From the NCBI GenBank assembly GCA_965603065.1, contig CBFDBP010000001.1, forward strand, positions 1 to 50,350: DNA of 50,350 bases. Reading direction: 5' to 3'. The notes under the pieces are model-generated. The model made no database searches. It saw only the letters and a program-made list of their open reading frames with translations, and was not told where the DNA came from. The translations under genes were made by a program, and so were the position numbers. Positions 9,327 to 18,978 of this stretch are shown here, in pieces; position 1 is the first letter of the stretch; each line of letters opens with the position of its first letter. This DNA comes from an uncultured Gammaproteobacteria bacterium. GTDB lineage: Bacteria > Pseudomonadota > Gammaproteobacteria > DSM-19610.

Positions 9327-10316
9327 CTATAAATCCCACACGGTCTGACTGGGGTCGACGGGTGTATCCACCTGCTGGACATCGTGGATTCGTTTTAGAT
9401 CGATACTCATCCGGCCATCGCGGGTATGGCGGTACATGTCTCTGAAACGGGCGCCCCAGACAATCTCGTTCCATTTGTACGAGGAACGGGCATGCACCGC
9501 CTGTGCGGATTTATCGTCGATCGCGTTGATAAGCAACAGGAACTCGGCATCCTGATTGCGCAAGTCCTGAGACGTTTTCTGGTACAGCGGGCTGTCTTCG
9601 GTGACCGGGTGAGCGACTGTCCAGTCCAGCGGGAAAAAAGCGACCCTGTGCCGTTCCAGGTCTAGCTGATGGAAATAGCGGGTGCGTATGCCGTCACGGG
9701 TTTCGGTCATGCATAGCAGTATACGTACCTCGACTTCGATCAATTCGTTGGGCGATCCGTTGGCAATGCGGAATCCAAAGCTGGTGGTGCCGTGATAGGG
9801 GCCGATGACCGCCTGGTTGCTGAAGAGGATTTTGGCGGTGGGCCGGGAGAAACGCGCAAACACGAGGGCGGCGGCGACCGCAAAGCCCGACAAGCCTAAG
9901 AACGCCTCCAGCACGACGAGTAAATTGGCGGCCAGCCCGTGCGGGGCGATATGTCCGAAACCCACGGTCGTCAAGGTCTGTACGCTGAAAAAGAAGGTTT
10001 CCAGCAGTCGCGCACTGCCGCTCAAACCCTGTATGCCCGTCAACGCTTGCGGGCCGCAGAGAAAATACAGTGCCGCAAACAGCAGGTTGATCAGGAGGTA
10101 CAAGCCGACGAGAGTCAGATTGAATTGCCACCAGGGCACGCTTAATGACACCTGGTACAAATTCAGGGACTTGAACAGCGGCAGGCCACCACGGGATACA
10201 TTGAAAGTGCCATCCCGGTTAAGCAGGCGCAGCGCGCTCTCCTGCATGACCTTGGTGCCAAAGCCGGGATCCTTGATGATATCCGGGTTCTTAGAGTAGG
10301 CAGTTTTTCGCGGCAT
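9327..10316 (-). CDS. Inward-rectifier potassium channel (KirBac)
   Basis: FFFSVQTLTTVGFG selectivity filter, ARFSRP, WTVAHPVTEDSPL and HARSSY...IVWGARF. Confidence 0.9.
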   Translation of the reverse strand: MPRKTAYSKNPDIIKDPGFGTKVMQESALRLLNRDGTFNVSRGGLPLFKSLNLYQVSLSVPWWQFNLTLVGLYLLINLLFAALYFLCGPQALTGIQGLSGSARLLETFFFSVQTLTTVGFGHIAPHGLAANLLVVLEAFLGLSGFAVAAALVFARFSRPTAKILFSNQAVIGPYHGTTSFGFRIANGSPNELIEVEVRILLCMTETRDGIRTRYFHQLDLERHRVAFFPLDWTVAHPVTEDSPLYQKTSQDLRNQDAEFLLLINAIDDKSAQAVHARSSYKWNEIVWGARFRDMYRHTRDGRMSIDLKRIHDVQQVDTPVDPSQTVWDL

Positions 10317-10469
10317 TGTTCAAACCTGGCTCGTGAGCATGCACGTAGGTCGTTCGCCACACCGCAATTTGTATACCCCCACCAGTCTTCTGGCAGTAAT
10401 TCACCTTCTGCGCACGGCGCATCCTACAGACATTGGCATACCTGAACGCCGGGATATCGCGAACTAAGT

Positions 10470-10682
10470 CTACTCTTTGCCGGCCTTTCTTGCATACAGG
10501 TAGCCGGCTATAAGCGACAGCACCAGCAATACAAGCGGAGCCAGCCATTCAGTCTGGACAGCGTGCAGGACTCTCTCCGCAATGCCCTGGCTGTGTTCAT
10601 GGCCCGGGTGTGCCAAAGCGACGGGCAGGTACGCCGATCCACAAATCGCTGCGATCAGTTTTGATAGTTTAGTTGCTGTCAT
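10470..10682 (-). CDS. Small membrane protein with HupE/UreJ-like N-terminal AHPGHEH motif
   Basis: GGAG RBS; signal peptide ending ALA, then HPGHEH and one C-terminal TM helix; lies directly after hynL. Confidence 0.7.
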   Translation of the reverse strand: MTATKLSKLIAAICGSAYLPVALAHPGHEHSQGIAERVLHAVQTEWLAPLVLLVLSLIAGYLYARKAGKE

Positions 10683-10713
10683 ATTGAACTCCATGTCTGC
10701 AATTTTCGGTTAG

Positions 10714-12435
10714 CTAACACACTTTAACATTAACCAGTTCTTCGCCATCCGGGTCGGTGAGATGAACGGCGCAGGCAATGCAAGGATCAAAGCTGTGGAT
10801 GGTGCGCAGTATCTCGACCGGCTGTTGGGGATCATGCAGTTCATGGTTGTCCTGCAATGCCGCTTCGTAAGGGCCGGGCTGACCTTCGGGATCACGGGGG
10901 CCGGCATTCCAGGTGCTCGGCACCACAGCCTGGTAGTTATCTATCTTACCGTTTTTGATGACGATCCAGTGCGCGAGTGCACCCCGTGGGGCTTCCATAT
11001 AGCCGACGCCCTGCGCCTCGGTGGGCCAGGTCGATGGATCCCAGTAGGCTTCGTTAAAGGTCGTGGTGTCGCCCGACTGGATATTAACGACCAGGTTGTC
11101 GTACCAGGTCTGCATGTTGTCGCCGATGATTTTGGTTTCCAGGGTGCGTGCCGCGGTTCTTCCCAGTGTCGAAAACAGGGCGCGGACCGGGACATCCAGT
11201 TGTTTCAGCGTCATGTCGACCAACTCCCGGGTTGGTTCGTGTCCTTTCGCATACAGCGTCAGCACACGCGCCAGCGGGCCGACTTCCATGGGCCTACCTC
11301 TCCAGCGGGGTGATTTCAGCCAGGAATAGGATTGCTCGACATCGAGCTGTTGGTAGGGCGGGGTCGGCCCGGTGTAATTGAGGCTGGTTTCACCCTGGTA
11401 GGGATGCAGGCCCGCATTCTTGCCGCCACTGTAGTCATACCAGGAGTGCGCGACATATTCGTTGATCTGGTCGGCGTCGTTCATGTCGACGTCGTGCACG
11501 GTGCTTAAATCCCTGTCCAGGATAACCCCCGGTGGTATCAGGTAACTGGACGGGTCGTCCATACCTTTTTCAGGGAAGTCGCCGTAGGTCAGGAAGTTTC
11601 CGACGCCCTCGCCGCGCATGCCCCAGTCTTTGTAGAAGCCCGCGATCGCCAGGGTATCCGGCACATAGACCTGGTCAACAAAGTTGCGCATTTTGGTGAT
11701 GATGTCCTGTACCTGTGACAGGCGCTTGGCGTTGATGGCCGAATCGGAATTGAGATCGATCGGCGAGGGCACGCCGCCGACCACGAAATTCGGGTGAGGG
11801 TTTTTGCCGCCGAATATGGTGTGCAGACGGGCGACATCGCGTTGCCACGCCAGAGCTTCCAGGTAATGGGATACGGCCATCAGGTTGGCTTCGGGCGGCA
11901 GCTTGTAGGCCGGATGGCCCCAATAGGCCTTGGCAAAAATGCCCAGCTGGCCGGCTTCGACGAATTTCTGCAGTTTCTTTTGCGTATCGGCAAAGTAGCC
12001 GGGCGAGGATTTCGGGTAGTTACTCAGGCTTTGCGCCAGCTCCGATGTCGCCTTGGGATCGGCGTTCAGCGCGGATACCACATCAACCCAGTCCAGTGCG
12101 TGCAGATGGTAGAAGTGCATGACGTGATCGTGGACAAACTGAGCGGCGATCATCAGGTTGCGGATCAGCTGGGCATTGGGTGGTATGGGGTAATTGAGGG
12201 CATTCTCGACACAACGTACTGACGCGATGCCGTGTACCAGGGTGCATACTCCGCAGATGCGCTGTGCAAACGCCCAGGCATCCCGCGGATCCCGTCCTCT
12301 GAGGATAATCTCGATGCCGCGTACCATGGTGCCGGCCGAATAGGCTTGCGCAATGCGGTTTCCATCCATCTGGGCTTCAATGCGCAGGTGGCCTTCGATG
12401 CGTGTGATCGGGTCAACGACAACTCGTTCGCTCAT
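10714..12435 (-). CDS. hynL: [NiFe]-hydrogenase large subunit, group 1e (Hyn)
   Basis: DPITRIEGH, L1 RICGVC and L2 SFDPCIACAVH followed by a cleavable C-terminal extension. Confidence 0.95.
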   Translation of the reverse strand: MSERVVVDPITRIEGHLRIEAQMDGNRIAQAYSAGTMVRGIEIILRGRDPRDAWAFAQRICGVCTLVHGIASVRCVENALNYPIPPNAQLIRNLMIAAQFVHDHVMHFYHLHALDWVDVVSALNADPKATSELAQSLSNYPKSSPGYFADTQKKLQKFVEAGQLGIFAKAYWGHPAYKLPPEANLMAVSHYLEALAWQRDVARLHTIFGGKNPHPNFVVGGVPSPIDLNSDSAINAKRLSQVQDIITKMRNFVDQVYVPDTLAIAGFYKDWGMRGEGVGNFLTYGDFPEKGMDDPSSYLIPPGVILDRDLSTVHDVDMNDADQINEYVAHSWYDYSGGKNAGLHPYQGETSLNYTGPTPPYQQLDVEQSYSWLKSPRWRGRPMEVGPLARVLTLYAKGHEPTRELVDMTLKQLDVPVRALFSTLGRTAARTLETKIIGDNMQTWYDNLVVNIQSGDTTTFNEAYWDPSTWPTEAQGVGYMEAPRGALAHWIVIKNGKIDNYQAVVPSTWNAGPRDPEGQPGPYEAALQDNHELHDPQQPVEILRTIHSFDPCIACAVHLTDPDGEELVNVKVC

Positions 12436-12438
12436 TTT

Positions 12439-13701
12439 TTATTCCTCTGCCAGATGTTCGGCAATGGTTTCTGTCAGGCTGAGTAGCGGCAGTTCCATGT
12501 GGTATTCCTCCAGTCCTTCCTCCAGATGGATGCGACAGTTGGAGCAGGCGGTGACTATGGCATTGACATTGATGGCGTCGAGTTGCGCTTTCTTGCGGGC
12601 GAATGTCTTCAGGCGCAGATCGTCGGCGCGCTCGTTACTGCTGACACCGCCGCCGGCGCCACAGCACCAGTTCATCTTTCCGGTCTCGGGCATTTCAACG
12701 AAGTTGTCAGCCACCATGTTGAGCAGGTTGCGCGGCTGATCGATAACACCACCGCGCCGGGATATCTGGCAGGGGTCGTGGTAGGTCAGCTTCTGGGCTT
12801 CCTTGTCTTTCATTTTCAGGCGTCCCTGGGTGCGCAGCTCTTCGAGCACTTCAAGTATGTGTACCACCTTGAAGTTGAACGGTTTGCCGACCAGATTAGG
12901 GCCCTCCCAGCGGATCGCCATGTAAGCGTGTCCACATTCCGGACTGATGACGGCCTTGACCTTCAGTGCTTCCGCGGCATCGACAATGCGTTGGACGAGT
13001 TCAGCGGCGATATCGGAAACGCCGATCTGTATACCGCTGTTGGTGGCTTCGAAGGCCTCAGAAGAGAGCGTCCAGCTCACGCCTGCCTGCTTGAAAATGC
13101 GTCCCAGTGAACCGATGTACTCCGGAAAGTTCATGATTTCCATGGACGACAGCAGGCACAGGTACTCCGCGCCTTCGACATCCAACGGAATTTTTACATC
13201 GTACTCCTTTTCCGTGTGGCGAATCTGCGCCTGTAAGGCGGGGAGTTTCACGCCCATGGGGCTGCCGATGGTCACGGCACGCTTGGTGGCACCGATCAGG
13301 CCCGCCGGCGCGTGACCGGCAGCCGCCATGCCTTCGCGCATTTTACGAATCATATAAGCGATATCGTTCCCGACCGGGCAGACCATGGAGCAGCGCCCGC
13401 ACAGCGTACAGCTGTCATAGACCAGCGTTTCCCAATCGGCGAGATCCTGGTCGGTGAGCGGCCTGGAAATCCCCACTGCCTTGCCGAGTTTGCCCCAGAA
13501 GGTGTATTCCTGCCTCCAGACCTTGCGCAAAGGTTCGAGTTTGTGAATGGGTGTGTACTTCGGGTCCCGTGTTTCGGTAAAGAACAGGCAGGCTTCAGCA
13601 CACATGCCGCAATGCACGCAACTGCTGAAAAAGGCCGCGGTGGGCGCATCGATCTCTTCCTTGAGTGCGTTGTATCCGCGTTCAAAGGATGGGCCGCTCA
13701 T
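12439..13701 (-). CDS. isp2: Isp2, HdrD/DsrK-like Fe-S oxidoreductase with CCG domain
   Basis: CVHCGMCAEAC, CTLCGRCSMVCP, YHDPC, CCGAGGG and TACSNC; sits between the hydrogenase subunits. Confidence 0.9.
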   Translation of the reverse strand: MSGPSFERGYNALKEEIDAPTAAFFSSCVHCGMCAEACLFFTETRDPKYTPIHKLEPLRKVWRQEYTFWGKLGKAVGISRPLTDQDLADWETLVYDSCTLCGRCSMVCPVGNDIAYMIRKMREGMAAAGHAPAGLIGATKRAVTIGSPMGVKLPALQAQIRHTEKEYDVKIPLDVEGAEYLCLLSSMEIMNFPEYIGSLGRIFKQAGVSWTLSSEAFEATNSGIQIGVSDIAAELVQRIVDAAEALKVKAVISPECGHAYMAIRWEGPNLVGKPFNFKVVHILEVLEELRTQGRLKMKDKEAQKLTYHDPCQISRRGGVIDQPRNLLNMVADNFVEMPETGKMNWCCGAGGGVSSNERADDLRLKTFARKKAQLDAINVNAIVTACSNCRIHLEEGLEEYHMELPLLSLTETIAEHLAEE

Positions 13702-14357
13702 GATTGCACCCCTTTATAGCCGGCAATGGCCCCGTTGTACCAGCGTGCCATCCACAGGGTAAAGGCGTGTGAGAGCTTGGTGAACGGGAACAGCACCATG
13801 AGCAATTCGACGCTGAGAATGTGCAGGCCGATCAGCATGGGTGCCGACAAAGCAACGCGGTGAAATGCCAGATAGCCGGTGAGCAAGGGCAGGAAGGTCA
13901 CAAACCAAACCAGGTAATCGTTGAATTCCGACAGCATGCGCATCACCGGGTCTTTGATGCGGTGGATCAGAACGCCCACCAGGGCAATCATGGTTACCAC
14001 GTTGGTGGCATCGATTATGTTTGACGGCAGGCCCGGCCAGCTCAGCCCAGAGACCGCTTCAAACACCAGGATGTGGGGCACGAAGAGAAATATGACAATG
14101 AACAGCCCGATGTGGAAAATGTAGCCTGACACGATAGTGAATCCGGAGCGCTGAAAGCTTCCCGCATCGGGGATGAATCGTATCAACATGGTGCGGAAAC
14201 CGCCCGCAGCGGCAGAGCCGCGCGCTTCAGCCAGTTCGGCCTTTCGCCCCAACAAAAATATTTCCAGAAAACGGATCACCAGGCCCGCACACATGATAAA
14301 CGTGGCAGCACTAAAGGCTGGACCACGCACCCATAGCAGAAATTCAGTATCCGTCAT
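13698..14357 (-). CDS. isp1: Isp1, NarI/DsrM-like b-type cytochrome membrane subunit
   Basis: Five TM helices; His ligands in FHIG, PHI, LHIL and FPFTKLSH. Confidence 0.9.
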   Translation of the reverse strand: MTDTEFLLWVRGPAFSAATFIMCAGLVIRFLEIFLLGRKAELAEARGSAAAGGFRTMLIRFIPDAGSFQRSGFTIVSGYIFHIGLFIVIFLFVPHILVFEAVSGLSWPGLPSNIIDATNVVTMIALVGVLIHRIKDPVMRMLSEFNDYLVWFVTFLPLLTGYLAFHRVALSAPMLIGLHILSVELLMVLFPFTKLSHAFTLWMARWYNGAIAGYKGVQS

Positions 14358-14359
14358 GC

Positions 14360-15448
14360 TCAGGACTCCTCATCAAGATCATCGATGGTGACACGCTCGT
14401 GATTTTTCACCGCGGATTGTTTGCGTGCACGCAATGAGGCGCCTAATGCTGCACCGGCAATCAGGCCTGCGGTCCCTGCATAGACAGCCGTTTTGCCGAT
14501 GTCTTCGGTCGGTGTAGAGAGGGCTTTGTAGAAACCGCCCGCATCCCAGAAATCGGGTTCGGAGCAACCCAGGCAGGGGTGGCCGGCTTCAATGGGGAAA
14601 CTTGTGCCGTCATTCCACTTGGTCGTCGCACAGGCGTTATAGGTGGTGGGGCCTTTGCAGCCAAGCTTGAACAGACACCAGCCCTTTTTGGCACCTTCAT
14701 CGTCAAAGCTGTTGGCGAACAGGCCCTTGTCATAGAACGGGCGCCGGTAGCAGCGATCGTGAATACTGTTGCCATAGAATGCCGCGGGTCGTCCCAGCTG
14801 ATCCAGTTCCGGCAGGCCAAAGGTCAGGAACTGTACCAGCACGCCGGTGATGACGGCGGGAATCGGCGGGCAGCCCGGGACATTGACAATAGGTTTGTCC
14901 TTGATCAGGTCGGACACCGACACCGCTCCTGTCGGGTTGGGATCGGCGTTGGGAAGGCCGCCGAATGCTGCGCAACTGCCGACGGCGACAATGGCTGCCG
15001 CACCGGCTGCCACCTCCAGTAACATATCCTTGTTGCTGATACCGGCAATGGTCGAATAACCGTTATTTTCGCCCGGAATTGAGCCATCAACGACAAGAAT
15101 GTAGTTGCCGTAGTTTTCCTGCATGGCCTCTTCGCGGGCCTGCTCCGCGGCTGAACCCGACGCTGCCTGCAGGGTATGGTGATAATCCAGCGAAATGGTG
15201 TTGAATATCAGGTCTTCGATGGTTGCCGAATGACTGCGGGTGAGCGATTCCGTGCAGCCGGTGCATTCCTGGAATGACAGCCAGATCACCGAAGGCCGTC
15301 GCAGCTTCTCCAGCGTCGCCGCAATGACGGGGATCATGGCGGGCGGTAACGCCATCATGGACGCCGTTGTGGCGCAGAATTTAAGGAAACTGCGCCGTGA
15401 GACGCCACGTTCCTGGAGTGTCTCGCCCAGGGTTTTGTCTTTGCTCAT
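14360..15448 (-). CDS. hynS: [NiFe]-hydrogenase small subunit (Tat-exported, C-terminal anchor)
   Basis: SRRSFLK Tat motif, ECTGC, GSCA, PGCPP, HDRCYR, CLFKLGC and HPCLGC. Confidence 0.95.
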   Translation of the reverse strand: MSKDKTLGETLQERGVSRRSFLKFCATTASMMALPPAMIPVIAATLEKLRRPSVIWLSFQECTGCTESLTRSHSATIEDLIFNTISLDYHHTLQAASGSAAEQAREEAMQENYGNYILVVDGSIPGENNGYSTIAGISNKDMLLEVAAGAAAIVAVGSCAAFGGLPNADPNPTGAVSVSDLIKDKPIVNVPGCPPIPAVITGVLVQFLTFGLPELDQLGRPAAFYGNSIHDRCYRRPFYDKGLFANSFDDEGAKKGWCLFKLGCKGPTTYNACATTKWNDGTSFPIEAGHPCLGCSEPDFWDAGGFYKALSTPTEDIGKTAVYAGTAGLIAGAALGASLRARKQSAVKNHERVTIDDLDEES

Positions 15449-15873
15449 GACGTTGTCTCCGCGTTCGAGAGCTGATCCTCGAGGCGCTCCAGTCCCGCCC
15501 GGATATCATCAGCCTGTGATGTCAGGATGCCGGGGACTTCGCAGACCTCGATGAACCTGCCCATGATACTCTCGTTTTCGTCGTAGTGAGTGACCAGCCA
15601 GACACCGGGATAGCGGGTTTCGATGATATCACTGGGCCCCTGAATCGAGAGTCGGGCAGTGACCTCGCCCTCACCGAGTTGTTCCAGCAGTCTGTCTTCT
15701 TCGCCCGGTGCGAGCGGGATGCTGCGTAAATCAATGACGCGTTTTTCCCCCTGTTCCAGCCAGCGCGTCAGGGCATGGCGGATCTCGTGCATCAGCGGTA
15801 CAAGGTTGCCGGTTGCGGGCGCGCAGGGAGCAGAAGCCGCAAAGCCGGGCGCCGGCATCCCGTTGGCAGTCAT
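15445..15873 (-). CDS. hupH: HupH/HyaF/HoxQ-type hydrogenase expression protein
   Basis: GNLVPLMHEIRHAL, IDLRSIPL, LGEGEV, ETRYPGVW and IEVCEVP. Confidence 0.85.
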   Translation of the reverse strand: MTANGMPAPGFAASAPCAPATGNLVPLMHEIRHALTRWLEQGEKRVIDLRSIPLAPGEEDRLLEQLGEGEVTARLSIQGPSDIIETRYPGVWLVTHYDENESIMGRFIEVCEVPGILTSQADDIRAGLERLEDQLSNAETTS

Positions 15874-16736
15874 TATTCGCTCACCTCACCACAGTGCGCC
15901 GCAGCCCACACCATCAGCGGGCAGTTGGCGTGGCGGACGACATCCGCGGTCACCGATTCTTCGAGCGCATGCCGCAGTTCGGGCTTGGTATGCGTTGCCA
16001 TCACCACCAGATCGACATTCAGATAATCGATTTTATCGAGAATCTCCCGTATCGAATGGCGAAAGGAGGTCGAGTCGACACTGACTTTCAGGCCCGCGTT
16101 AGCGAGCTTCACACTTTGCTCTTCCATCATGGTGCGGATGCGGGTAAGTTCTGCGCCCCGCTCATCATCCGTTGTTTCGGTGCCTTCCGGTGAGTCGTGG
16201 AACAACACCACTTCAGCGTCGTGCGCCTTGGCGAATGTCTGTACGCAGGGCAGAATTGCTGCAGACTCTTCGCTACCATCCAGTGGAACCAGCAGTCGTT
16301 GGAAAAGATTCTCGGAGCGCCGGTCCTGCGGCTCATGCCGCAGACTGTGCAGCACAAACACCGGGCAGATGGAATCACGCAAAACACCTTCGGTAACGCT
16401 GCCTTCGCGGATTCTTTCCAGGCCGGAGCGGCCGTGGGTTGACATCACAATCAGCGATGCCGAAATTTCCTTAGCCGTTGTTGTGATCGCCTTGACGGGA
16501 TTACCATGCCGCACCATGCTGTCGACATGCCAGCCTTTGGCGCTCAACAGATCCGCGAGTGGCTTCAGGCACGGGTGCATCTCCGCCTCTTCGGAGCCGA
16601 CATCGGCGTCTTCCGGCAGCACGTGAAGCAATGTTACGCCGACTTCCGGCCGCGACGATGCGATGCTGTGTGTGTAGTACAACACTGCATGGATCGATTC
16701 GGAGCCGTCGAGCGGGATCAGTATTCGTGTCGACAT
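15873..16736 (-). CDS. Tandem-domain universal stress protein
   Basis: Two ILIPLDGSE/LLVPLDGSE domains, MSTHGRSG...GSVT; AGGAGG RBS before the ATG at 16736; its stop overlaps the hupH start (TAATG). Confidence 0.9.
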   Translation of the reverse strand: MSTRILIPLDGSESIHAVLYYTHSIASSRPEVGVTLLHVLPEDADVGSEEAEMHPCLKPLADLLSAKGWHVDSMVRHGNPVKAITTTAKEISASLIVMSTHGRSGLERIREGSVTEGVLRDSICPVFVLHSLRHEPQDRRSENLFQRLLVPLDGSEESAAILPCVQTFAKAHDAEVVLFHDSPEGTETTDDERGAELTRIRTMMEEQSVKLANAGLKVSVDSTSFRHSIREILDKIDYLNVDLVVMATHTKPELRHALEESVTADVVRHANCPLMVWAAAHCGEVSE

Positions 16737-16818
16737 GCGGTGCTCCTCCTTAGTGCTATGTCTGTACGGGCGTGAAATCCATGGCACACATATCATCGGC
16801 CATCTTTGCGCGACCACT

Positions 16819-16917
16819 TCATGGCAGGGCGTTATCCACGCGGGGCAGGGTCAATACATTACCCACCAGCGGGTGCGGGTTTTGAAGCTCGATCGAAATG
16901 GCTTCGAACTTGTGCAT
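16819..16917 (-). pseudogene. Possible 5' remnant of a hupH-like gene (32 codons)
   Basis: GGAG RBS plus MHKFEAISIELQNPHPLVGNVLTLPRVDNALP*, loosely resembling the GNLVPLMHEIRHAL segment of HupH. Confidence 0.35.
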
Positions 16918-16983
16918 GTTGCTCTCCGCAGCAGATGGTACGTTCTTCTTCGATGCTAGAGCCGAAAGAATATTAGCTTGCAC

Positions 16984-17463
16984 TTAAGTATCGTCCAATG
17001 ACTGCCACTTGTAAAGCAGGTCCAGGACCTGCCTGGCCGCCTCAGGAATGACCCGGGATACAAGGTCGCTGGGCGTTTCACCCCAGCCGAATTCAGCCGG
17101 CTGAATACCCAGCAATGCACGATTTCGGGGCAAACGGTCCTGCAGTCGCGCGATAGTCATTAAATCGACCAGACCTACCTCGTGTACACTGCGTTTTCCA
17201 TGGCCCACAAACTGGTCCATTTGAGCGCCAATGAGCAATTTTACCGTTCCCGGCGCTTCATTAAATTGAGCTGCGTCAAGTACAATCAGGTTTTCACAAT
17301 CTTCGATGTCCGGCGCCAGCGTAAAACTCAAGGTGCCGCCGTCAAGGTAGGTGACGCCCGGCGGGACAGCGTGGTGCTCGCGGAGATAGTCGAGTAAATG
17401 GATCCCCAGGCCTTCGTCTGTGAGTAAAGTATTACCGATACCTAGTACGAGCGTTTGTTGCAT
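16984..17463 (-). CDS. hynD: Hydrogenase maturation endopeptidase (HyaD/HupD family)
   Basis: VLGIGNTLLTDEGLG, DGGT, LDAA, SVHEVG and GIQP. Confidence 0.9.
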   Translation of the reverse strand: MQQTLVLGIGNTLLTDEGLGIHLLDYLREHHAVPPGVTYLDGGTLSFTLAPDIEDCENLIVLDAAQFNEAPGTVKLLIGAQMDQFVGHGKRSVHEVGLVDLMTIARLQDRLPRNRALLGIQPAEFGWGETPSDLVSRVIPEAARQVLDLLYKWQSLDDT

Positions 17464-17561
17464 AAGCCTGCGACTGTACGGTTTGCAAGGAAAAGCGTAA
17501 GCTTGGGACAAGGTGGTTGCCGAGATACTAACAGTTTGCAACAGGTCCCGGGAGAAAAAAC

Positions 17562-17789
17562 ATGTGTCTTGGCATTCCGATGCAAATTCAGGAAATTAAT
17601 GGCTATATGGCCCGCTGTGAAGCGAAAGGTGTGGAGCGCGACGTCAGTCTGTTCATGCTGCAGGATGAAATGCCGGAAGCCGGTGATCATGTCGTCGTTC
17701 ATGTCGGATATGCCATTCAGAAAGTCACCCCCCAGGAAGCACGAACAGCGTGGGAGCTTTACGATCAGATGCTGGCCGGGAGTGAGTAA
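17562..17789 (+). CDS. hypC: Hydrogenase chaperone HypC
   Basis: MCLGIP N-terminus, VVHVGYAI; GGAG RBS. Confidence 0.95.
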   Translation: MCLGIPMQIQEINGYMARCEAKGVERDVSLFMLQDEMPEAGDHVVVHVGYAIQKVTPQEARTAWELYDQMLAGSE

Positions 17790-17794
17790 TTGAC

Positions 17795-18154
17795 ATGCAC
17801 GAATTATCGATCTGCCAGGCATTGATCGATCAGGTGGAGGCGCTGGCGCGCGAGCAGCGGGCGAAACGCGTACTTTCACTGGTGGTCGGTGTTGGCCCGC
17901 TATCGGGTGTGGAAGCCCGCTTGCTCAAACAGGCCTATCCTGTCGCTGCGGCAGGCACCCTTGCAGAAGGTTCCGAGCTGGATATCGAAGATCGCCCGAT
18001 ACGTGTACATTGCAAGTCTTGTGGTGAGGATTCTGATGCCACAGCCAATCGCCTGGTCTGTGCGTTTTGTGAAGACTGGCGAACCGATTTAATCAGCGGT
18101 GACGAACTGGTTCTTACCCGGGTCGAATTTGTAAGGGAGCAAGCGTATGTGTGA
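17795..18154 (+). CDS. hypA: Nickel insertion protein HypA
   Basis: MHELS, GPLSGVE and two CxxC motifs. Confidence 0.95.
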   Translation: MHELSICQALIDQVEALAREQRAKRVLSLVVGVGPLSGVEARLLKQAYPVAAAGTLAEGSELDIEDRPIRVHCKSCGEDSDATANRLVCAFCEDWRTDLISGDELVLTRVEFVREQAYV

Positions 18155-18968
18155 TACCTGTGGCTGCAATATAACGCACGGCAATCAACACCTGATTGCA
18201 CCAGGTGGCAAACTGCACAAAACAGAGCAGGGCAGCGAAGCGCTTAGCGTGCTGAAAAATCTGCTGTCCGAAAATGATCATATGGCGGCACACAACCGTG
18301 AGCATTTTGACCGGCACGGTGTATTCGCCGTCAATCTGATGTCGTCACCCGGCGCCGGCAAGACATCACTGCTCGAAGCCAGTGTGGATGCCCTGAGTGA
18401 CCGCTACAGAATAGCGGTTATCGAGGGTGACCTGGAGACCGAAAACGATGCACAGCGCATCCGCTCACGGGGAGTGGAAGCCGTGCAGATCACCACCGGC
18501 AGCGCCTGTCACCTGGATGCACACATGGTGCACGATGCCTTGCATCAACTGAAACTTGAAGATATCGATATTCTTTTTATCGAAAATGTCGGCAACCTGG
18601 TGTGCCCGGCCAGCTTTGATCTCGGTCAGCATCGCAACGTGACACTGTTGTCTGTGCCGGAAGGCGACGACAAACCTTCCAAGTATCCGGTTATATTCCG
18701 CGCTGCCGATCTGGTGGCGCTGACCAAGGTGGATCTGTTGCCGGTGCTCGATGATTTCAGCACGCAGCGTGCCTGTGACAATGTGCGCGCCCTGGCCAAT
18801 GCCGCGCCGGTCCTCGAACTGAGTGTCAAACAAAGCGACAGCATGGAGCCGTGGCTGGACTGGCTGGATCAGGAAGTGGAACACCATCGACAAGGTTGTC
18901 AGCGGGGCGAGACAATGCGGCCGAGGATACAGCCTGAAGGCGCCAGGCTTCACGCGCTGGCGACCTGA
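18147..18968 (+). CDS. hypB: Nickel GTPase HypB
   Basis: CDTCGC, SSPGAGKT, CHLDA, ENVGNLVCP and EGDDKPSKYP. Confidence 0.95.
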   Translation: MCDTCGCNITHGNQHLIAPGGKLHKTEQGSEALSVLKNLLSENDHMAAHNREHFDRHGVFAVNLMSSPGAGKTSLLEASVDALSDRYRIAVIEGDLETENDAQRIRSRGVEAVQITTGSACHLDAHMVHDALHQLKLEDIDILFIENVGNLVCPASFDLGQHRNVTLLSVPEGDDKPSKYPVIFRAADLVALTKVDLLPVLDDFSTQRACDNVRALANAAPVLELSVKQSDSMEPWLDWLDQEVEHHRQGCQRGETMRPRIQPEGARLHALAT

Positions 18969-18978
18969 AAGCGCCGAT

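Noticed and set aside
17464-17561. Sigma54 promoter in the hynD-hypC spacer (TGGGAC...TTGC)
   Set aside because: The GG-to-GC spacing is 11-12 nt rather than the required 10.
18823-18978. N-terminal extensions given by the ORF track for hypD (also hypF, usp, hynD, rpsO)
   Set aside because: They overlap upstream genes or precede the family-typical start, so downstream starts with RBS or stop-start coupling were preferred.
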